Below, one piece after another: positions 26,097 through 38,000 of a stretch of 64,000 nt of DNA. Position 1 is the stretch's first letter. Each line of letters starts with the position of its first letter. The position numbers and the translations under genes were made by a program. The notes below the pieces were generated by a model that was not told the DNA's origin, searched no databases, and saw nothing but the letters and a program-made list of their open reading frames with translations. Origin of the DNA: Takakia lepidozioides (taxonomy: Eukaryota > Plantae > Bryophyta); assembly GCA_030704615.1 (NCBI GenBank), contig CM060731.1:24738001-24802000 (forward strand), given 5' to 3'.

Positions 26097-29000
26097 TCAC
26101 AATCCTCCATTTCCTGTCAGCAGCTGCACAACACATAGAATTGCAGTTACTATGTACTGTACCAAAACTGCAAGGGAACAGATAAATTACTGTAATACTG
26201 TCTTTCATCAGCTTGTTTCATCACTCAAATCATTCAGCAATAATTTCATCGATGCAAACTCTTACTAGTCACCCATTGAAAGCTGGATTGTAACAGAAAT
26301 ATCACATACAGCAGTTTGGTATAGAACATTTCCCAAGAGATCAAACCGTCCAGGATTGCAGATAACAAGTTATTAATAAGCCATCAAATTAGATTTCTTT
26401 AGATTGCCCAAAGCAAGTAATGCACTTTAGTTGAAAGCACGGACCTCCTTGGTTCTACTGAAACGGGCTTTGACATTGGCAATGAACTCCTGAGTGCTGG
26501 CTCTTTGTACCAAACTTGCACTTTGTGTTGCTAACTTCTGTTCATGACAACGGTGCATCCAACAACAGAAAAGGGCACCACAAATGTTAGCCTGTTGTCA
26601 TGGTAAGGCCATGTGGGGGTGTTCAGAAATTGGAAGGCCCACAACCCATTTCCTCCCGACTAGAGGCTTTGTGGATTGAGTGTCCTTCCCCTCTCCTTCA
26701 AACGCTCCCCTGAAAAATCCTTCATATCTCCATAACCAAGCACAGTACACTCATCTAGATAATCTGGAGGGCGACTAAGATGCGTTTTGATCAATCAGAC
26801 TACTGATCAATCTGTGCAAAATTACTTGTCATCTGCTAACCATATGATACGAAAATGAAAGGGTATGCCACAATTTAACACACAAAACACTACTGACATT
26901 CATACAAGCTTCCACACAGGATCCACCACCAAAGATAATGGATCACCTGAACACAAACTTGTCACAGGGCCCAGTCTGGTAGCCCTTTGGGCGGTCGAGC
27001 TTGCAACCTTGTTAGAAAGATCATAAGCCGGAATAAAATCTGTGATAGTGTTGTACCTCTAGCTTATTCCATGGAGGAAAGATGATTGCAAGGGCCCCAT
27101 AATTTTTTCCCATAAGGAAACAGGGACAGCAAGAGCCCAAAACTCACAGCCATAAGTGGCAGCAGGGATGACAACTGAGTGGAAGAGCCATTTTCAAGTT
27201 GGGAGTAATTTTTTGCATTTAGCCTGAAGGCGAATGGCGGCAGCCTTGCCCTTCATCAGTCTGTCAGTAGTGGTTGATGCAACTGAATTTGGGTGAGTAA
27301 ATAACCAGACCCAAATATGAGTATGATATCACAACCTCAATCTCTTGCTGGTTGCAGAGATATCTCTGATCAGCGAGGCCATTGAAAACACGGATGGGAA
27401 GCTCAAGAGCTTACGAGACAAACTGGAAAGTTTACAACGTCCAGAAAAGAAACGTCCTATCATCCATGGGAGCTTGTGGGACAAACAAATGAAATGGTAC
27501 TTGTAACGTCCACGAAAAGCTCAAAAAGCTTGTGTGATAAGAGAAAGCATGAAACAAGTAACAGAGAGGCGCCCTCCACAAGCAACACAAAAACAGCTAT
27601 AGGTCGAGGGTTTGCCTAAGAATCAACACCTCGTGCAGGTATGCAGCTAAGCATTTCTGATCCTCATAATGGAAGACGTCTGTGAGAGATTGGGTAACTT
27701 GGAATAGACAATAGGAAGAAAGCAGGATACAAAGAAAAAAGAGGGCCCCTGAACAAGCAGCCTGAAAAGTACAATTCAACTTCACAAGATTCTCAAAAAA
27801 GGAGAGCCTCATGTAGCTATGCCGCAAGACCTGTGTGAGGAGTTGTCTCTTCATAAACAGTAGCGGCCTTGAATTTCATAATAGAGAAGACAAGGGTTGG
27901 GATGCTGGAACACAAAGAATAAAGAGAAGGAACAGAGAAACTTGGAGAAATGAAATGAAACGAAATGAAAATGGTACTTTATAACATCCGTGGAAAGCTC
28001 AAACAGCTTATGGGACAAGAGAAAGCAAGAAACAAGGAAGATAGAGGGGCCCTCCACAAGCAGCCCTAAAACAACTATTGCTCAAGGGATCGTCTAAGAG
28101 TCAACGCCTCATGGAGATATCCTGCTAAGCATTCCTGATCCTCGTAATGGAAGACCTTTGTGAGAGATTGGGTATCTTGGAACAGACAAGAGAATAGAAA
28201 GAAACTTAACAACATCAACAGAGGGCCACAAGGGCCCATGAGACAGAACAACACACCAATAACAACTTCAAAATACATCAAGTGTCGCCCAGGGGTGAAG
28301 AGCCAGGGAAAAAGAAAAGAAAAACAGTCGGCAAGCTTGAAGAGAGTCACTACAATTGTGAGGGTGAGGCACAAGGAATGCATTACCATGGACCATGGGG
28401 CATGGTAAGACAGCAGATAGGGCTTTTCCCAGTTTACTGGAGTCCAGTGGTGGATATTGAGTTTCTTCAGTGGTTTTGGCTCCAAATCGTCTGTATCTGT
28501 ATATGAAATATCATATCATAAACCCCTAATCAAAGCCATTTAAAGGGAAAACCTTCCTGCAAGTATGGACTCAAATGAAAATGAGGTAGAAGGATAAAGT
28601 TCTTCGCAAGGGATGGGAACACAGCATTGAGATCGCTGACCTGATGATGGATCAAATTAGGGAACTCACGAAAACCCATTGAGTGCATGCCGACCTTAAA
28701 GTTTTTTCTTGCATCTGCCACGACACTCCAGAGGCATACCACAGCAAATAAGTGAAGGCACTTCAGCCAGGCAGAATTACCTACTTTCAGGCCCATCCTC
28801 AAAACCCTCACAGCATTTGAATCAACATGTTCAAAAGCGATCCACCTTCCTTCTTTCTTCATTCATTAGTAGGATCTCAGGGCTGGCCTTCACAAGGCTC
28901 TTTTCATAATTACACAAAGTAGGAGTTGCTCTAAACCACCATTCAGGTTCTTTATCCGGTTTCTGCGAGGTTAGACTGCTCTGAAGGCTTTGATCTGTAA

Positions 29001-32000
29001 GAACTACCTGAAGTACGGACAAGGCAGCATTATCAGTGAAGCAGACCTTGTTTCCTAAGCCCCCAACTTCCGTTTTAAGTGTGCTCGTATTACTCACATT
29101 GATGAATATTCGAGTCACGTTGATGGATGTTGCTAATGTCGCGTATGGCATGACTGCATGGTTGAACATTGATAGGTGCCTGCTGCCCAGATTTTTACAC
29201 TCAGATATATGTGGGTCAGTGATTGCTACTACAATTACAATGACAACAACCGAATTTGTGCCTGAAAGTCTTGCTGGTTCTGGCACTTTTGCTGCGTGCA
29301 TCACCTTGTAGTCTGCCAGCTGGAGATTGACAGCTGAGTTGCATTCACATGGTATGTTGATGCATTGCTGAATAACTATTCTAAGTGCATAGCACACATT
29401 GTCGTGAATGACTGCGAGCAGTCATAGCATCCATCTTTAACACCATCTCATATGACAACCATTGACCATTTCCATGTAGAACCAGACATCCACGCTATGG
29501 GTAGTGGCTATATTAGAAAATAAGTGTTTCAGGTTGCTCTGCAATGCATGATCCAAGAAGACTGATGCTTTGCACTGACAAGCACACCCAGTCCAAATGC
29601 TGGACATAGCTTTTAGGCATGCTTTCAGGTACAGGCTCACTGTTGTACATGGTGTCCAGAGTCTAAGCCAGCTACTAAGCCTGGCCTTCTGGTCACACAT
29701 CACTGTTTTTAAGACATCCTGGAACCATGGACCTGAAAGATGTCCAAACAATATTTGGAGTTTTGGTGCATCCAACAAAGCCAAGGGCTTTAATGTGGAT
29801 ATCCACTACCGCCATAGACCTGATACTTGATACGGCAATACCTATACCTGGATTTGGTTTTGATTGTGGGAGTGGGTGTGCCTGACAAAGAAGCAGCAAA
29901 TAATGCTTATATGACTTGTGCCCATCCTGTGTAAGACAGTTATGCTTAATGTTTTCTTGGACCGTCAAGAGCTTGCCACATTTGGAGGTCTGTGGCTGTG
30001 GAGTAGTAGAGAGACGAAAAAAAGGAAGCAGCTCCCAAGGGCCAGTTGCCATAACTCTTTCGCCAGCTAGAGACAGCACGATTTACAGCTGCGCCTGATC
30101 TGATTACTAATCAGACAAAAGTCTTGGAGGATAAGTTCCTGTGAGACCCAAACTTCCAGTCCTTGTAATGGATAGATTGTACTCATAAGACGTTGTTTGC
30201 CGTAGCCTTGTGGCCATTGACCCCGCGCCCAGTTTGAGCGGGAACAAAAGGGACAGAACCTACCTCTGTCAGGGGCTGATGTTGGTAGTAAGACTTACCT
30301 CCATATAAAGAATTAATCCGGGTTTTCCAGATATCCTCTAGAAATCCCTTCACACAAGCATCAATCTGCTGTGTGTGATTTGCCCAAAAACTAGGCCTCA
30401 GGAGGGCCTGGGCTTTTGGCTCAGCCTCGAGACTTTCAAAGTTGGTAAACAGGGGTACAGGCACAATTCCCTTAATAGATTTGAAGAGATCGTCTCTTTG
30501 TTGAGAGAACCCCGGACAGTGTATCAGAAAATGAATACTGTCTTCAGATTGCCCACACAACGGGCAATTGCACTCTCCCTTTCCTCTCTGCTTCTGTTTG
30601 CTGTTCAAAGGTAGGCTTCCTGCCCTGAGTTTAAATTTCAGTCTAGTGCCGAGAGTGGGTAGACCCTTGAGGTCATCCAAGCTGTCCACCCCCATGTCAC
30701 AGACTGGAAACAGGGTCAAGACTTGCGGATCCAGGTCCATGAGGATCTCTTCTACTCTCTTCTGCCAGGACTTAGCCTGTTTGACAGGGCGGTCCTGTTT
30801 CCAAGATATCAACAGGACATTTGTTGGGCATATGTTGCAGCTGACCCCACCATCTGACCTTGAATTCATCTCGTCGGGAGCTTAAGGACGGAATGCCAAA
30901 CTCACCCCGAACAGCCACATTGGCTGTTTTGGAGCATGCTGACATACACTCCTTAAGCACCCCCACTTGAATGGATTCTAGAGACTTAGCCTGGTTGGAG
31001 TTATCAACCCATATAGCAGATCCGTACTCCAAGGCAGGTCTAATAACGCGACAAAACATGGTTTTCTTAACCTCAGAGTTGACCCCTCTGCAGTGGAAAA
31101 ATTTAGTGAGCCCCAGAGCTTTGCCCTTGCCAGTTTGAACAACTTTCCGGATATGTGCATCCCAATTACAATTGGAGGAGAACTCAACGCCCAGGTAAGT
31201 GTAGGAAGGGAGGACCGGGATCTCTTGGCTACCCCACTGCCACTTAAGATCACTTCCTCCCTCTCCTCTGTCGTTGAATGCTACCACTGCACATTTGCTG
31301 ACATTAGCCTCTAGCCCCCAAAGATCAAAGTATCTCTTCGCGCAATCAATCAACTCCTGGAGATTGGTTGGAGTCTCCCCTATGCCTGCGAAGTCATCCG
31401 CAAACATAAGGGCTGGTATGGTGGTATCACCCACCCTTAACCCAAATCCCTCACTTTCCACATCCTCGAGGAGTTGATTGATGAAAACATTGAAGAGCAG
31501 AGGGGAGAGAGTACATCCTTGAGCTACACCTTGGTCTATGTCAAAGAAGTTGGACTTCTGTCCGTTAACAGTGACACAGCTTTTGGTGTGAGCATACAAG
31601 TTGTGGACAACTCTCCACATCTTTCCCTTGATCCCACAAGACCAGAGGCGGAACCATAGGCCATCTCTCCACACTGTGTCATAAGCCTTTTTGACATCCA
31701 GGAAAAAGACATAAGTGGGTTTCCCTTCTTTTTTCCTTCCCTGGATAATCTGGCTTAGAGTGAAGATATGATCCACACAGCCCCCGTTTCGCCGAAAGCC
31801 AGCTTGGCCTTCGTGGAAACAACCTCTAGACTCCAGATCAACCTCGAGACGAGTACTTATAACTCTGCAGAATGTCTTGCCAACAGCATTGAGGAGCGTG
31901 ATGCCACGGTAGTTCCCCGGTTCTTCTCTGTCACCCTTCTTGTATAGATTGACAATGACCCCCTGTCGCCAGCGAAAGGGGATCATTTCAGTCTTCCAGA

Positions 32001-35000
32001 TAAGGTTGAAGAGGAGAACTAGGGCCTCTATCATGGGATCGCCACCGTGCTTGATAAGCTCGTTCCACCAGCTTTATATCCATTTAAATGTTCAATTGCT
32101 TCCACAATCTCAGAAGAACTAATGGGAGCATTATAAGCCATTGAAATATACTCCAGTTCATCAGGGCTGTTTTGAATCATATGAACAGTTTTTCCAACTG
32201 TGTCCCTCCATTCAGCAGAAGACCCCTCACTGTTAGACCTAGAAGTTCTGCCAAGGATACTGTAGTGAGTTTCAAAGGTTTTGACAATGTCAACGATGAA
32301 GTCACCACTGCACCTTTAGTAGTCTTCAGCGCTTGTACTTGCTGACCGTTTTTCGGCTTGTACAAACGTTGAAGGGCCAACCAGAATTTCTATTTCTAAT
32401 TTCTTGTAATGGATAGAATCAAACCCCGGCACTTTGTGATGCACATTTAGTGGTGGCAATTATACTTCGGCTTGTGCTTTGGCTTCGACATTCTGACCTG
32501 ATAAGGAGATCCGGGTCGACGAGGTGTTTTTGTAGGTGATCTGTCTTCCAAACACTTAACACGTGATTCCAAGTTGACGAGCTTTTTCTGTCACACAGCA
32601 CCAGAGATGTCAGCAGGAACCACATCATTTCCTTTTGATTTTGAGAAATATACAACTTGAAGAACCAAGAGACAGACAGCACAATCGGGGGTTATATCAC
32701 CAACAGGAAACATGGGAGAAAATGCACCAAAGTGACAGTGAAAGCGTAAGCCTCCCATCTAAATATGAAAAGCATGGGTACTATGGTTCAAACTCCAAAG
32801 GTTGCCCGTACAACCAAGCTGCTAGCAAATTTCCACTCTTCGGTGAAGAGAAAACTACTATGGAGGGCAAGCTGCCATAGATTTCAAGAACAGGGAAGAT
32901 GAGCGATCTGGACTGCTTTGCAGTGATTCAGCCATCATGTAAAATATTCAGCAAGAAAGAAGTAAGGAGAAAGAAATGGCAGAACAAAACCCAAATCGGT
33001 AGAGCAATGTCTGTTCTTGAGCACAGATGAGGCCTCTAGTTGTGGAAACAATATGGATAGAGCCCCCAGCTGTCAAAGGGATTAGGAGAGCCAGTAGAAC
33101 TGCCAGCTTTTAAGCTGATAATAGTTAAGGACTGTTCCTGCAGTCCTAATCCAGTGCATTGAAGGACCAAACCAACTGCTGGGTCAGGGCAGAGCAAGAA
33201 CATAGATTGGAACACTGTTGGTGTGAAGTAACCTAGGTTCAATCAACCACCATAAGGTGGCAAGACCCAGCTATGGGACAATTGCATGCTCCGTGTTCCT
33301 AAAATGAACAGATGATGGACTTGCCAAACACTTTCTACATAATAGCTATTAACTTCACCATTGTCAGAACTCAGACCCCATGTCTCCGAGATTATGCATT
33401 GACCTAAGCCATTCAATTGCCACTGGAAAGGTAAGATGACCTGTAATGTTTCTCTGGTACGTTCGACACCTGCATTCAAAGAAGTGAAGCGAGTCTCCAA
33501 TTTATTGTCCAAAGAGTTGAAGCAGGTTCCCATTTTGTTGTCCAAGGAACTGAAACAGGTCTCCACTTTCTCCGAGAGATCAATCTGTGTCCGACTTGTT
33601 CACCGGGAAACTGTGGTTAGGAGGAGCAGACTGGACAGAATAAAATTTTCCTGAATGCTTGGAAATTGAAATGGCATTCTGAATTACTTGGGGGTTAATT
33701 TTGATATTGCCCAGTGTACAAGGTTAGTCATGACCCTTCATCAAGCCTTACATTCAACCAGAACCCAGAAGTGGGGATTCAACTTTTCTAAATTTGGGGA
33801 GTAGTATAGATGTTTCTAGAACATACTTCTGGTAATATCATCAGTGATATGCATGAAGCCTAGATTCTTCTGCAGTCCAAACCCCCTCAACCATTCAGCC
33901 TACTAAGGCCTGAAGGTGAATGACATTTGGACATATAAGAGATTCCCCACTGTGTACTATGCACAAGGTGCTGTCAAACATCACAGCAAGAAAGAAAGAA
34001 GGAATGATGAATGAAACTTAGCGTCCACAGGAAGCTCAAAGAACTTGTAGTACAAAGCAATAAATTAGAGAGCTCTTGATATCCAAATCAGTTTATGTAA
34101 CAAGCCAATCTGAACCCAAAGACTTGGAGATGCATTGAGACTGTCGGCGGATGATTTTACAAAAAGAATAAGGATTGAATGGTTTTACTAGGTGAATATG
34201 TAGTAAGATAAGAATTGGGAAAGGACTGCAATTTAGGGGCAACCATGATGCCAGGAGCCAATCAAACAAAGCTGGAAGCTACATGGAGTTTGGCATACAG
34301 TTTACTGCTTTACTGGTATTCTCATCACAATTTGTGCTTCGAAAACAAGTTAATTCGCTTCAATTGTATCCATAAATCAGGTCCCATGAGCACAAATTTA
34401 CTTACAATCTTCTGCCACATGTCCTCAGAGCACTCATTTAGAGACTTGTGTGTTTGACAGAAGGGTGCCACTGCAGCCCTTGTTGCAGGTCCACCAGGCA
34501 TAGATGCACAGGGGGATGCAATACTCGAGTCTGTGAATCCTGGACGCAAACACTGCGAGTGCACCTGCTTCCCAACCATCATGGTGTGCACAAAGACCTC
34601 AGGATATGGTAGTTATTCCTTTCAGACAAACTTCACACATTTCAGGATCTGATAGTTTTATGATTGGTGGATGTCTTAGACTGTTCCACATAGACAAGCA
34701 CGGCGAGGAAAAATATTGCTTAGTCTTTGATTTTATACAACCTGGCACTCGTTCAATCCATGCGAACTGTCTTGCATTAGCTGCTGTGAGAAGCTTAATT
34801 TTCTATTCATCTCAGGAATTTTTAATTCCTTTGTCTATGACTCCCTCGATGTTGAGAATCTTTCTTATATCAAATCACTGATGGACCAAACGTTCTGATG
34901 GCAAATGCAGACCATTGTGACAATACTATTAGATGCTATTGCAGTGTACAAAGATGAAAGTGATACTTTCGAGGCACGAAGACAATGCAGCAAACACACA

Positions 35001-38000
35001 TTTCTTGTGGGTTTCAAAGTGTCCTTCAAGCCTGTCAATGTCTAAGGTTTCTTCTTGAGAGTGATCCCATCACATACAAAACCTTCAGCAAACCTAGAGA
35101 ACTGAAGTGACAAGCCATCACCAGCCTCTGGCAATACCACATGATGCTCGCAATGCTGAGGTGACTGGCACAGGCTTGCAGAGCTCAAACCAGAGCGCTG
35201 AAGTAAACACTCCTCTTCTTCCGCAGACAGATGCTGAATAGAAGCCTTCATCACAACCCCACCAACAAAATACAGTTCTTGCATGGCACTAGTATCAGGT
35301 ATTCATCAAAGCTCAATTTTGCCCATTGATCAGCAAGTAGCACTAGAAACTGATGAGGCTAAGTCGTTTAGGTGAGTATCTTCCCTCTCCATCTTCACTG
35401 TGAATCTAGACATCAAAAACTGCACAATGCATATGAAACTTCCTTATTCACAGGTGCCTAAAGGCTCAGCAACACTTGATTGCAGCACGAAAAATCCCCG
35501 CAGTGTCAACTTCAAGCTGTGGTTAGCACTGTTCCAAAGTTTGAGAGTCCCAGGAAGTACTTCACAATTCATAAGATGGACTTACCGATGCAACTGCTGG
35601 CCTGATATTGATGTTCTTAGGGCTTTTAGGAGAGGTCTTGGGACTGTGGCACCTCTCCTGAGATCTTGGTGAGCAACTGAATTTGCAGTCCTGTGGATAG
35701 GAGGCATGTCGAAGGCATCAGATGCAAGCACTTCACGCAGAGCAGGCGATGATTTGAAGCAGAAGATCTCCTTCAAGTTGCTATGCCAGACAACAAAGGG
35801 CTTTTCCTCTAGCTTCATTGGTACAACAAGAACTGAAGCTGTTGCTCATTCACATGCATCAGATGGACCCACAGAGGGCACTGCTGGCCTCGTTTAGCTT
35901 TTGAAGGCCTGTAGGAGATGTCTTGGGACTGTGGCACCTCTCCTGAGGTATTGGTGAGAAACTAATTTGCAGTCCTGTGCATAGCAAGTATACGGAAGGC
36001 ACTAAATACAAGCCTAGTATGAGGCATTTGAGGCAGAAGATTTCCTTCAAGTGGTTGTGGACAACCAAGGGCTTTCATGTACCTACAGTTCCTGGACAAT
36101 GAATAAATGTACTCGTAAGATGTTTGCGGTAATCTTGTGGCCATAGACCCTGGACAAAGAATAAAGCAAGCTTGCATGTGTTGAATGCACTCACACTTAA
36201 TAAAATTGTTGGCCTGTCATCAATCCTTCTAGGACTTGTTGGACAGGTATGTGGGGGCGTTGGCCAGCAACTTCGACGCCACTCCTCAGGTGCACATTTT
36301 CTAGGGGACGGATTTTGCAATTCACACTGCTCCTGTAGTGGAAACAAGAAAACATCTGAAATTGTGGTTTGGGTGCAAGCATGGGCCATCAAATAACAGA
36401 ATACCACTATCTCATGTCTTTCTTGCAGCAACAAAGGAACCCCAGATTCATGTTTGTTAGATGGACTTACTGTTAATGGAATTGCTGTTTTGAGATGCAG
36501 CCTTCTAGGGCTTGTAGGAAATGACTTTGGGGGTGTTGCACTGTGACTGGAACATCTCTCCTCAGATGTTGCTCTAGATGACAAAGATTGTAATTTATGT
36601 CCCTCCTGTGTTGCACGTTAAAAAATCAGAAGAGATTACAACAGAAGCACTAACTACAGATACTTACTTTTTCAAGCAGAGGAAAATTGACTAAGTGGCC
36701 AAAGGAGACATCAAACACCTACCATGAAGGTGCCTACTTGGAACAGAAATGGAAGTAAGCTTTCAATCACATTGGCATACAAGACCTTGGATTTTTAGAT
36801 CTAGGAGAAGGCTTGCTGGGTTGCCCTTCCTCTGACTGGCCTTCTGAATTGTCAGTCTAGGAAGTGAAAGCACCAAATTGCAGTATCCTTTTAAAAGGCC
36901 TCATACCTACACAGCCAGCACTGTAGTATGATAGAATTATTTAAACAAAAGAGTTTCAATCCAATCGCTGACTAGAACCATTGAACATTTGATGTAGCTT
37001 AATTTGGAACAATTCAAGATTTGTGCTGTCAAATACAATTCATCAGAGGGAAGAACAAGGAGAATACTGAGACCATGTTTATTGAGAAAATGGAGGTTGG
37101 TTCCATTTACGAGATCTTATGATGACAGCCAGGGGGTAAAACACTCACAGGCAACAGTGTAGCAAGTCCACTCTTAGCTCTTAAAGGGCAGCAGGGCCTG
37201 GGGACTTCTTTCTGAGAGTGCTCCCTTATTGGACATACTGTTGTAGGAGGATCCAACTGTAATGCAGATAACAAGTATATGAAAGGTATCGGACCACAAG
37301 TACTGAATACACATGTAATGATGTAGCCACAACAGGACTGCCACATTGACCAAGTGCAGGCATGCTAGGACTTACTAACACAGCATGAACATCGAACATC
37401 AGGGCTTGCATTGTTGTGCCTGGGGTCCCAAATATAAACAATATAGTCTTCATTCAGAATGAACCTTGATTATTGTCCGCACAGTAGAAAATTAAACTGT
37501 AAAGGAGTGATGCAGCGCTCTCAATAGTATTGGTGTATGTATTTTGTGGAACAGCTTACCTCACATCTGCGATCCATTTTGGTAGTCAAGTGCTTGTTAC
37601 GTATTATTCCCTTTGGGCACCTCCCAACTTCCACTGGATAAAAACAACCTGTCTGATTTAACACAAACCCCGGGAGGGCCCCCAGCTCACCTATGTGAGT
37701 ACACAAACAGGAGACTCCAAAGACTCATGTTGTCACTGCACAATGCTAGACATGCTTTCAGATGTGGATACACTCATTTAGGTCAAACAGAAGCAGATGC
37801 ACTGCTTTATGTGCTGTAGGTTGTCTCAATTATGTTAGCCAAAATCTCTAGGGCTAACAATCACATCTTTCGAGATCTCGGGTTGTTTCATGGATATGAA
37901 GTGAATGTGATTTGTCCGTGTCCAGCTGGTCAACGAGATTCAAGCAGCAGAGAATCAAATACAGACAAGAATATCCCAAATACAGACCACTTAGTCTGAC

